Shown here: positions 1-6,887 of the stretch, in pieces | How the letters are laid out: the number at the start of each line of letters is the position of its first letter | Numbering within the stretch: position 1 is the stretch's first letter | Source of the DNA: an uncultured virus (IMG/VR IMGVR_UViG_3300025402_000001) | Taxonomy: Duplodnaviria > Heunggongvirae > Uroviricota > Caudoviricetes | Virus record (IMG/VR): IMGVR_UViG_3300025402_000001 | Strand: one strand, 5' to 3' | DNA: 20,000 bases | Notes under the pieces: generated by a model | Database searches by the model: none | Seen by the model: only the letters and a program-made list of their open reading frames with translations | What the model was told of the DNA's origin: nothing | Made by a program: the position numbers and the translations under genes

Positions 1-1472
1 ACGCAGTCTTCAGCTGGTACTCCTTGTCCAATAAGGAACTGGGTGAGAGGATCTTTTTTATCTCCACGCACTCTTCGGATATAGTATTTAGCATGGCGAG
101 GGTGGATGCCGCTCGCCGAATTAGTGAGCTGGGATACTGTTCCACTTGGCTTGACGCATGTGATAGCAGCGCTGACAGGGACTCCGAGAATAGCTGCCCA
201 TTCTTTATTTGTATCTCTAGCGCATTCTCTAAGTTCTGTAAGTAGTTCATTTAATTCTGGTCCTTGGGTTGTGAGAAGGGGATTATCATAGATGCCGGTG
301 AGGGAGACACCCAGTAACCGCTCCTCTTCAGTATTTCTCTGCCACACCTTGCGCAGATAGGGGAACTTTGTGAAGGTAGACTGGATGGTACCAAGGATAG
401 CGGCGAGGCGCACCTTACGCAAGAGAGTTTCACGGTTGTCGTCATGGCGTACTACACATTCACTAAGATTGCAAAATTGGTAGGGTCGTAAAATGATCTC
501 ACTGCACGGATTTGTACCGAACTCAAAATTTGGATCTCGATGCCCGTATTTTTCAACCGCCTTTTTAGCAGCCTCCCGATTGAATATGCCTCGCTCACCG
601 GAATGGGAGTTGTAAAGTGATAGCCATTCCTCCATGAACTTTCCGACAGTAGGTGTCTCATTATACACCGCACTGTTGTTCGCAAGAGCCCTATGCGGAG
701 CGGTGTCCCACCATGGTCCAGCTTTTGCATGTCTAATCCTTTCGTCGTCCAGGTCGGAAAGTGAAATCATAGCTGATCGGCGTACGCCACCCACTACAAC
801 CACCTCACCAATTTTACACATCAAGTCGTGGCACTCTAGGCTGTTTAGCTTACGACCCTTGGCGTGTTTAAATGTTGCTACAGTAAACTCAAATAGATCA
901 ATTAGTGGTTGTGGCCCGGAAGCTCTTCCACCAAATGTTTTGAGTCGTGCTCCGGCAGGTCTAACATTGCTGACGTCCCACTGCGGGATTTCTCCAGCCC
1001 AGAGGCTTGCGAGGAGTAAACGTAATGATTTTGCCCAGCCTTCTTTGGAGTCGTGGACTGTGATGCGATGCTCGGACTCAAAAAGTTTTTCCGGCACTTC
1101 AGGCAGTAAGGATATATATTTGGCCTCGACTGAGAATCCCACACCTGTTCCACAGAGCAGGATAAACATGGCCTCATCGAAAGACTTGGGGTCATCCACT
1201 GGAAGATACGAGCAATTATAGACGCAAGTATTGTCACGATCGGCACTCTTTCCTGCAGTCATCATGGCTCGCATGGACGGCATCAATTCAAGGTTAACAA
1301 TAGACTTGTACAAGTCTGCTTTTAGTTCTTCATTGCCAGTGATGGCTGGTGTACGGCTAAAAATATAATCTGTAAATCTGGTTACTGTCTCTGGCCAACT
1401 TTCACGACGACCCTTGTCATCTTGATAGCGGGCATAACGGCTGGCGGCAATGTACTCTTGATACTGGTCCAT
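1..1472 (-). CDS. nrdJ: Class II (B12-dependent) ribonucleotide reductase, monomeric RTPR-type; 3' end outside window
   Basis: Absent from the ORF track because there is no stop in the window. Manual translation from ATG 1472 is open to base 1: MDQYQEYIAASRYARY...RRESWPETVTR, MPSMRAMMTAG, YNCSYL, LLCGTGVGFSVE, FGGRASGP, VVVGGVRRSAMISL, catalytic GTNPCSEIILRPYQFCNLSE, ERLLGVSLTG, TCVKPSGTVSQL. Confidence 0.95.
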   Translation of the reverse strand, partial: MDQYQEYIAASRYARYQDDKGRRESWPETVTRFTDYIFSRTPAITGNEELKADLYKSIVNLELMPSMRAMMTAGKSADRDNTCVYNCSYLPVDDPKSFDEAMFILLCGTGVGFSVEAKYISLLPEVPEKLFESEHRITVHDSKEGWAKSLRLLLASLWAGEIPQWDVSNVRPAGARLKTFGGRASGPQPLIDLFEFTVATFKHAKGRKLNSLECHDLMCKIGEVVVVGGVRRSAMISLSDLDDERIRHAKAGPWWDTAPHRALANNSAVYNETPTVGKFMEEWLSLYNSHSGERGIFNREAAKKAVEKYGHRDPNFEFGTNPCSEIILRPYQFCNLSECVVRHDDNRETLLRKVRLAAILGTIQSTFTKFPYLRKVWQRNTEEERLLGVSLTGIYDNPLLTTQGPELNELLTELRECARDTNKEWAAILGVPVSAAITCVKPSGTVSQLTNSASGIHPRHAKYYIRRVRGDKKDPLTQFLIGQGVPAEDC

Positions 1473-1501
1473 TTATTGGTCTCTATAGTTATATGGTGGA
1501 T

Positions 1502-1537
1502 AAAAAGGGGAGGCCACAGTTTCTATGGCTCTCCCCC
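1502..1537 (-). terminator. Intrinsic terminator-like hairpin upstream of nrdJ
   Basis: Minus strand GGGGAG-A-GCCA-tagaaactg-TGGC-CTCCCC followed by TTTTT. Confidence 0.65.
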
Positions 1538-1554
1538 GATACTACAAAAGCAAT

Positions 1555-1890
1555 TTACTTCTTAGGTTTTGTTTCCGTGCTTTTTAGCACTCCCTTAGTC
1601 TTCTTGGAAACTGCTGGGATTACTGGATTGGTTACCACCGCAATCTGGGCCATTGTCTCGTAGTATTCCAAGGTCTTTGTCAAGGCACTATGCAGCTCTT
1701 GTACAAACTTAAAGTTTGCCTTGTCATAGTCACCTAGATAAATATTAACCATATCTTTTCCAGTGCTAATGGCTAGGCTGATATTGAAGTTATCTTTATC
1801 GGTGCCCTCACCTGATAGGTCAAGAAAGCTAGGAAGACCATAGTCCGTGCTTGGAAAGAACTTACTAAACTTCAGCTTGATGTTCTTCAT
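1555..1890 (-). CDS. Hypothetical protein (111 aa, Lys-rich tail)
   Basis: ORF coupled to the SSB gene by an ATGA overlap; no recognised motif. Confidence 0.75.
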   Translation of the reverse strand: MKNIKLKFSKFFPSTDYGLPSFLDLSGEGTDKDNFNISLAISTGKDMVNIYLGDYDKANFKFVQELHSALTKTLEYYETMAQIAVVTNPVIPAVSKKTKGVLKSTETKPKK

Positions 1891-2405
1891 ACAGCAAAGT
1901 CCGACGCTGCTGATGTAGACCCACCAAACTTCTCACCATCCTCTAACTTCTGCACATTGTTCAAGCCGGCAGCAATACCCTTAGAGCCGCTTGTATCGTA
2001 CGGATACAAAGTGATGGATGCACGGCCATAGCAACCTGAGTAGAACTCGCTGGTGTCGATGATTGGGTTCAGGTCTTGGTCTACAATACCTGGGCGTTCG
2101 TTAGAGCTGGCGTTGATAAAGTAATGACCTGCATAAGCCGCGTCATCTTTCTCTGCATCACCATCACGTAGTCCGCCTTTAAGGAGCTTAGGTACTGAGC
2201 CACCCCACACGGCTGCGTTGATTGTCTTGGTCTCTTCAAACGCCTTCTTAAAGCGCGCCACTGTCTCTGTGTCTGACTTAGGGATAAGGATGGATACAGA
2301 GTACTTTAACACGCCGTTTGGTGTCTCAGCTGGCTGGAACACGTTAGCGTAAGAGAAGCGAACCTTGCCAGTTACAAACTTGGTCTTGATTGATTTTGTT
2401 GCCAT
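1887..2405 (-). CDS. DUF2815 family phage single-stranded DNA-binding protein (Enc34/APSE-like)
   Basis: VRFSYANVF, KYSVSILIPKSD, LRDGDAEK, GHYFINASS..RPGIVD, YSGCYGRASI, GIAAGLNNVQKLEDGEKFGG, C-terminal ASDF; DUF2800 is nearby. Start moved to MATKS (2405), which has an AAAGGT SD. Confidence 0.9.
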   Translation of the reverse strand: MATKSIKTKFVTGKVRFSYANVFQPAETPNGVLKYSVSILIPKSDTETVARFKKAFEETKTINAAVWGGSVPKLLKGGLRDGDAEKDDAAYAGHYFINASSNERPGIVDQDLNPIIDTSEFYSGCYGRASITLYPYDTSGSKGIAAGLNNVQKLEDGEKFGGSTSAASDFAV

Positions 2406-2471
2406 GATGATTATTACCTTTTTAACATAAAGACTGGACTTCATTTGGGGCCAGTCTGTCTACCCATACAC

Positions 2472-2485
2472 ATATTAATGCAAAA
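2472..2485 (-). promoter_or_regulatory. Conserved phage promoter-like motif TTTTGCATTAATAT (copy 1)
   Basis: Identical 14-mer at 2472, 4660, 5220 and 6890, with a 1-mismatch copy at 15764; all in the same orientation at heads of gene blocks. Confidence 0.7.
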
Positions 2486-2518
2486 ACAACCTACTTTTTA
2501 TTTCACAATATGAGATAT

Positions 2519-2776
2519 CTAGCTATCATATAATAAACCTAGCTCCCCCAGTGCCTGCTTCATTGCTAGGGCCCTAATGAAGTCGGTCTGGTACTCAGGC
2601 TCGTACAGCAACTCAGGGTCATCTGCTACAATGTCTAAAATTTCTTCAATGGATCCCCTGATCTGCATGACACCCTCTCGGTGTTTGCCTCCAGGGAGAC
2701 CATCAAAGTCCTTCATAAACTGGTCGATTAGCAGGTCCGGAACATCAAACTCCGTGTCATAACAAATAACCTGCAT
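2519..2776 (-). CDS. Hypothetical acidic protein (85 aa)
   Basis: ORF with AAGGA SD, in the gene string. Confidence 0.8.
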   Translation of the reverse strand: MQVICYDTEFDVPDLLIDQFMKDFDGLPGGKHREGVMQIRGSIEEILDIVADDPELLYEPEYQTDFIRALAMKQALGELGLLYDS

Positions 2777-2785
2777 ATTGATTCC

Positions 2786-2929
2786 TTATTTAGCTACCAT
2801 TACGAGCCCAATATTTCCAATTGCATACCCTAGGAACATGATACCAGTGCCTATACTACCCTTCCAGAACTGTTCACAGGCTATGTAGAAGTATACCGCG
2901 CCCATTGCTGCTATTAGCCATGTACTCAT
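2786..2929 (-). CDS. Small two-TM membrane protein (47 aa)
   Basis: Manual translation MSTWLIAAMGAVYFYIACEQFWKGSIGTGIMFLGYAIGNIGLVMVAK*; ATGA overlap with the upstream gene; fills the gap. Confidence 0.75.
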   Translation of the reverse strand: MSTWLIAAMGAVYFYIACEQFWKGSIGTGIMFLGYAIGNIGLVMVAK

Positions 2930-3477
2930 CTAAAACCACTCAATCTTGGCGAAAATGAGAACGTGGCCTGGTACGGATCAGGATTTGGTTGGACGTTATC
3001 ATCGACCAAAGCACGGATATTCCAACCCAAATTAATATAAATACAACGAGCAAAGCCAACAGGGGTAATAAGAGTAAATTGAAATAGCCCATTAGCGTGT
3101 ACCAGACACCATCCTGCTTTTGCATTGTCATTGTCCTTAATAGTCTTGTCACCTTGAACACTACATTCATAGGGGGTTTCTAAATACTTAAGACCAAAGC
3201 TATACGCTGGATTACGCCATAGCCAATGGACTTGTGACCACCATTGGCCTGGGGGAAACATTGTTTGAAAAGTAGCGTCACCATTGAGTGAATTATCTGG
3301 CGTCATAAACCAGCCTAACCAACTAGGCAAACGTGGCTCCACTGCCTCATAGCTATGATTACCACACCAACCATATTGGGGGGTTGCAAACAATGGCAAC
3401 ACTGGCGCCAGTATAACGGCAAGCAATGTCACCAATAAATTGATTGGAACCAATAAAGCGTAAAGTACATAAATCAT
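2926..3477 (-). CDS. Membrane-anchored Trp-rich phage protein (183 aa)
   Basis: N-terminal hydrophobic helix; WFMTPDNSLNGD and WLWRNPAYSFG motifs of a recurring phage family of unknown function; ATGA overlaps at both ends. Confidence 0.75.
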   Translation of the reverse strand: MIYVLYALLVPINLLVTLLAVILAPVLPLFATPQYGWCGNHSYEAVEPRLPSWLGWFMTPDNSLNGDATFQTMFPPGQWWSQVHWLWRNPAYSFGLKYLETPYECSVQGDKTIKDNDNAKAGWCLVHANGLFQFTLITPVGFARCIYINLGWNIRALVDDNVQPNPDPYQATFSFSPRLSGFR

Positions 3478-4628
3478 ACAAAATCCTCCTTAGCATCTTC
3501 CTTAGCCCGTACCAGTTTTGGCTCACCTTCTGGTCGTAGGATCAACTCACCTAACCACGCGGCGACCTGCCCCTTAGGTCCCAGCTTCTCCAGTGTAGCT
3601 ATTGATTTGAGCTTCTGGGGCTCCCAAATCGTTTGTGGGTCCATACCCCTCTCAACTAGCACAACGGCCGCTAGGGCGCTGTCAGAGATCTTACGGTGTG
3701 TCTTTGTGGTGGAGAGTGTGTACCCTGGTGGAACAATGTTCTGATTAATAGCACGACTTAGAGCAAACTCTTCTACATCGTTACACCATGTCTTTAGCCC
3801 TTGAGCTTTGGCGAGGACTTCGCTGACTTCTTCTTCGGTGAGGAGGGGCGGGGCTTTGAACTCTTGACGGGCGAGCTCGGTGTTAAAATCCGACCGGGCG
3901 CGGCACTGCGCTTTTGCGCGGCAGAACTGACACCACTCACCGGGGAGGAACTCACCGGCACCGCCCCACGCTTTCTTGGCTTTGCTTTTGACAAAGTACT
4001 CGGCCCAGTCGATAAGTTTACGGATGCTGGTACCATCGGTACTGATACTGTCAAGTCGGGGTTGATGTATCGTGTAACTGACTTCTTGGATTTCCGGGAA
4101 CTCTTCTTTGAACTTGGAGTAGGCTCCAAGTGCGTAAAGTCGTAGCTGCGGGTTATCTTGCGCATGTACCGGAATGCCTTTTCCGAACTTGAGGTCGATG
4201 ACGCGAATGGTGTGCTTAGAAAGTATAACCACATCGGCCGTACCAAATCCGTCAGGAACCCAATCACTGAAGTCCACACGCTGCTCAAATAAAGGTGTAT
4301 CGCCGTCTCCAATCTGAGACCGGACATAAAGAACGTAGTTATCAACGTTGGCCTCGAAATCGTCTCGTTCAATGGGGGAGTAGTTTTTGTAGATCGGGTG
4401 CGTCTTGATGATTTCGTATTCGCGGTCATATTCGTCGTGTCCTATTTGATTAAATTGAAGTCGTAGGCGTATTTCGCCAAGTGAGTGTGCCAGTGTACCT
4501 TCCGCAGAGAAATCAATCCCCTTGGTATTTCGTTTCTGTTCTGGTAGTGTGGCCTCAAGTCTGGCCGAGGGGGTGCAGGATAGCCACCTTTTGGAGCCTG
4601 AAGCGGATAAAAGCGCATGTGCTGTCAA
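3474..4628 (-). CDS. DUF2800 Cas4-like PD-(D/E)XK exonuclease
   Basis: HALLSASGSKRWLSCTPS, AEGTLAH, FGTAD..VIDLKFGKG, NPQLRLYALG, IHQPRL and C-terminal WCQFCRAKAQC (1+3 Cys Fe-S staple); TTG start. Confidence 0.92.
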   Translation of the reverse strand: MTAHALLSASGSKRWLSCTPSARLEATLPEQKRNTKGIDFSAEGTLAHSLGEIRLRLQFNQIGHDEYDREYEIIKTHPIYKNYSPIERDDFEANVDNYVLYVRSQIGDGDTPLFEQRVDFSDWVPDGFGTADVVILSKHTIRVIDLKFGKGIPVHAQDNPQLRLYALGAYSKFKEEFPEIQEVSYTIHQPRLDSISTDGTSIRKLIDWAEYFVKSKAKKAWGGAGEFLPGEWCQFCRAKAQCRARSDFNTELARQEFKAPPLLTEEEVSEVLAKAQGLKTWCNDVEEFALSRAINQNIVPPGYTLSTTKTHRKISDSALAAVVLVERGMDPQTIWEPQKLKSIATLEKLGPKGQVAAWLGELILRPEGEPKLVRAKEDAKEDFV

Positions 4629-4659
4629 TTTAGTCTTTCGTGTCTGATTAGTCGTACAT

Positions 4660-4673
4660 ATATTAATGCAAAA
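4660..4673 (-). promoter_or_regulatory. Conserved phage promoter-like motif (copy 2), upstream of DUF2800
   Basis: ATATTAATGCAAAA on the + strand. Confidence 0.7.
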
Positions 4674-4699
4674 AAGGCACCCTTTTGAGGTGCCTTTTT
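4670..4699. terminator. Bidirectional intrinsic terminator
   Basis: AAAAAGGCACC-cttttga-GGTGCCTTTTT, an 11-bp stem with T-tracts on both strands, just after the stop of 4725..5120. Confidence 0.85.
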
Positions 4700-4724
4700 A
4701 TTTATTTTTTAGGTAGGGCGGAAT

Positions 4725-5120
4725 TTATTCTTTTAATGCCTTAATTAAAGCAGCTATTTCACCGTTAAAATCTACCACAACTTCTTTTTTAATATCCTGC
4801 TTGATATCCATACGTTGTGAGTAGTCGTCTGGGTATTGTCCTTTTAAGGCCACTTCAGCAACTCTAGAATTAAAGGCTTTATTGTCAATGTTAGCTAGTA
4901 GCATCATCTCCCAAAACGCCTGCCCGTAGGTAGTTGCTAGGTCTAGTACCTCAGCAAACTCCGGATCCTCTTTTTTCCACTTAGCTGCGGTGGCCTTACT
5001 GATATTAATTGCGGCGTACATGGTTTTTTGGGATGCGCCCTGCTTACCGAGTTCCAAAACGGTCTTAGCCATTTCCTCAGTGAACATTTTTTTATTTGGT
5101 GATGGTTTTTTTGTGGTCAT
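4725..5120 (-). CDS. Terminase small subunit-like HTH protein (P22 gp3/Sf6-like)
   Basis: LELGKQGASQKTMYAAINISKATAAKWKKEDPEFAE HTH, then QAFWE..FNSR..YPDDY, as in podovirus TerS proteins. Confidence 0.6.
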   Translation of the reverse strand: MTTKKPSPNKKMFTEEMAKTVLELGKQGASQKTMYAAINISKATAAKWKKEDPEFAEVLDLATTYGQAFWEMMLLANIDNKAFNSRVAEVALKGQYPDDYSQRMDIKQDIKKEVVVDFNGEIAALIKALKE

Positions 5121-5144
5121 AATTTTTCTAATTATTGTGGGGTG

Positions 5145-5210
5145 CCTGGATTCTATGATGGCTCCAGGGGGCCATTAGCTTTCTTTACAGCTCGGAGAGC
5201 TTCACAGCTA
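5145..5210 (-). other. Structured 5' leader: hairpin plus compact H-type pseudoknot
   Basis: Minus-strand RNA UAGCU..AGCUC-UCC-GAGCU..AGCUA, then AUGGC-CC-CCUGGA-GCCAU-CAUAGAA-UCCAGG. Confidence 0.5.
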
Positions 5211-5219
5211 GTCCTATCT

Positions 5220-5233
5220 ATATTAATGCAAAA
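5220..5233 (-). promoter_or_regulatory. Conserved phage promoter-like motif (copy 3), upstream of TerS-like gene
   Basis: ATATTAATGCAAAA on the + strand. Confidence 0.7.
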
Positions 5234-5250
5234 AACCGCACCATTCCGCC

Positions 5251-5481
5251 CTAAAAATCACCGGGCAGAATGATAGTCTTTTTAGGTGCCGAGGGTGGCG
5301 TTTTATCGCCATGCTCCCTGCGGTACCTTAACGCGTCATTTAGCATCATCTTGGTCATTGCCAGCGCTTTTTCCTGGTGCTCCTGCTCCTTTTGGGCGTT
5401 GGTTCGCTCAGCTTTTCGCTCTACTTCCTTGATGATATTGTTGCTAATTCCTGCGTGTTTAAGCAGCTGCTTGAGGTTCAC
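5251..5481 (-). CDS. Hypothetical protein (~76 aa, helical)
   Basis: The ORF track starts at 5496, but GTG at 5481 has a GAGGAGG SD. Confidence 0.7.
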   Translation of the reverse strand: MNLKQLLKHAGISNNIIKEVERKAERTNAQKEQEHQEKALAMTKMMLNDALRYRREHGDKTPPSAPKKTIILPGDF

Positions 5482-5674
5482 TTGGGGCCTCCTCATTTAC
5501 CTGTGGTGCGCACTGTGCCTGTATGGCATTGATCAAACCAACAGATTGAACAAACGGCAAGGTGCCTAACAAATTCAAGATGGCGTTAATATCTTTAACA
5601 CTAAACTTCAATGTTAAAATTTTGCTCTCTAATGGGTCTACTTCTGTTGCTGCTACGTCGACTGTATCAGTCAT
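5459..5674 (-). CDS. Hypothetical protein (71 aa)
   Basis: AAGGAAG SD, ATGA overlap. Confidence 0.8.
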   Translation of the reverse strand: MTDTVDVAATEVDPLESKILTLKFSVKDINAILNLLGTLPFVQSVGLINAIQAQCAPQVNEEAPSEPQAAA

Positions 5675-5961
5675 TTTTTACTTCCTTTCTTAGGTTGTTT
5701 AATTCCAAACATTTCATATCTTGCTTCTAACTGCTTCGGGTCTGTGCAGTACTGGTTAAGCTCCATCTTCTGACAATACATATCCATTAAGGACTCGCAG
5801 CGCATGTCGTGGAGGGTCTTAATGCCAAGTAATGCGTTTAGTACATCATCTTCGCTCATTGGTACAGGGTGATCGCCGTAATGTTTGAACAATAAATTGA
5901 TATCCTCACTAGTTTGCCACGCCAGCATAATGGCAGATTCTAGGTCAATTTTTGGGTTCAT
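5671..5961 (-). CDS. Hypothetical protein (96 aa)
   Basis: GAGGA SD, ATGA overlap. Confidence 0.8.
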   Translation of the reverse strand: MNPKIDLESAIMLAWQTSEDINLLFKHYGDHPVPMSEDDVLNALLGIKTLHDMRCESLMDMYCQKMELNQYCTDPKQLEARYEMFGIKQPKKGSKK

Positions 5962-6188
5962 TTCATCCTCTTCTTAGCTTTTTTAATATCTGCGTCAAAG
6001 TTAACGCTATACCAACCACCGACTATCTTAATTGCTGGGAGTAGTACTTCCCATGAAGCAATGTCATCCTCATGCCAAGCATCGCCATTTTTCATCATAC
6101 TTGAGACACTGACATAACTTTCTGCTAGACCAGATCTTATAATCTCGTCTGTAAAATCATTATCTAATTCTAATTTCATTTCCCACAC
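5958..6188 (-). CDS. Hypothetical protein (73-76 aa)
   Basis: ORF in the gene string; the start may be ATG 6179 (ATGA overlap). Confidence 0.75.
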   Translation of the reverse strand: MWEMKLELDNDFTDEIIRSGLAESYVSVSSMMKNGDAWHEDDIASWEVLLPAIKIVGGWYSVNFDADIKKAKKRMK

Positions 6189-6409
6189 TCCTCTTCTTGT
6201 TTGTTTACTTTAATTCGTTTTGCAATCTCCCGGCCAATGTACCACTGCGCCTTGCGTAGGTCTTCTACCGCGTCCTTCTTTAGATCACATCGCCAGATAT
6301 ACTTTAGTGCGTTACCAAGGTTAAACTCCATGTGCTCTGTGATTTGAATACACTCAACGCCACTTGGGTGCTCTGTATAGTGCTTAGGATGGTTGACTGG
6401 ATCGTGCAT
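6176..6409 (-). CDS. DUF3310 protein (T7 gp1.7/SaV-like, putative nucleotide kinase family)
   Basis: DPVNHPKHY, ECIQI, FNLGNALKYIWR..K..EDLRKAQWY signature. Confidence 0.9.
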   Translation of the reverse strand: MHDPVNHPKHYTEHPSGVECIQITEHMEFNLGNALKYIWRCDLKKDAVEDLRKAQWYIGREIAKRIKVNKQEEECGK

Positions 6410-6578
6410 GTCTTAGCTCCTTAAGTTGTTTTTCCATGATCTGTAGCTCTTCCTGGCTATCACATACCCAGAGCCCCAATAAATCTTTATACATGCTAGT
6501 GTCGATATCTTCCACACCGCAAATTGTCTCCATAACATAACTGCCTCTGTATCTGTGCTCCACAATGAAATGAGTCAT
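6384..6578 (-). CDS. Hypothetical protein (64 aa)
   Basis: AAGGA SD, ATGA overlap. Confidence 0.75.
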   Translation of the reverse strand: MTHFIVEHRYRGSYVMETICGVEDIDTSMYKDLLGLWVCDSQEELQIMEKQLKELRHARSSQPS

Positions 6579-6886
6579 AGCTTTAATTCCTTTTTAATGA
6601 ACTCAACACCCTTAAAGAAATGATACCTCCAATACTTTTCTGTTACCCCAACGTCAGCATAATTTAATCCATCTAAAAACGCCTCTAATACAAATTGTTG
6701 TTTTGTTGGCAAAACATCTGATATCATTCTTCGGATATCACTTACATCTTCCGGGTTCCAAGGCAGCCACCCCTCAAGTATCGGTGGGTTGGGCTCAACG
6801 CTATCCTCTTTTTCAAGGGGGTCAATGTCCTCATCCGAAAGCCTGGGGGCAATAGCGTTGATCTTGTGCTTGGTTTTTGTTTTCAT
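6575..6886 (-). CDS. Stand-alone sigma70 region-4-like HTH protein
   Basis: IRRMISDVLPTKQQFVLEAFLDGLNYADVGVTEKYWRYHFFKGVEFIKKEL resembles the sigma-4 pattern l..LperqrevflL...eGlsy.Eia..lgis..tV...l.ra...lrk.L, with a shortened turn. The CDS is confident; the family call is tentative. Confidence 0.5.
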   Translation of the reverse strand: MKTKTKHKINAIAPRLSDEDIDPLEKEDSVEPNPPILEGWLPWNPEDVSDIRRMISDVLPTKQQFVLEAFLDGLNYADVGVTEKYWRYHFFKGVEFIKKELKL

Positions 6887-6887
6887 A

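Noticed and set aside
24..1246. ORF-track calls 24..245, 106..291, 251..445, 452..730, 634..1221 and 902..1246
   Set aside because: All are alternative-frame or antisense shadows of the nrdJ frame (1472 to 1).
1484..1499. NrdR box directly upstream of nrdJ (ccaCcAtATaactata)
   Set aside because: Only half matches the consensus and it has no partner box.
1473..1554. Cobalamin riboswitch upstream of nrdJ
   Set aside because: The intergenic region is ~80 nt, too short, and has no recognisable B12-box.
2472..2500. TTGCA in the repeated motif as a sigma54 -12 element
   Set aside because: No conserved TGGCAC/GG at the -24 position across the five copies.
3794..4429. 211-aa minus-strand ORF and 114-aa plus-strand ORF inside DUF2800
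   Set aside because: Ser/Thr/Arg-rich shadow frames fully nested in a well-supported gene. The same applies to 6989..7468 and the nested ORFs in the primase.
3474..4628. Cas4-like nuclease as evidence of a CRISPR-Cas system
   Set aside because: It is the DUF2800 phage replication/recombination exonuclease in its usual context; there is no array and no other cas gene.
5121..5219. Hammerhead, HDV-like or twister ribozyme, or tRNA, in the TerS leader
   Set aside because: No intact CUGANGA/GAAA core, nested double pseudoknot or cloverleaf could be fitted; reported only as a generic pseudoknot.
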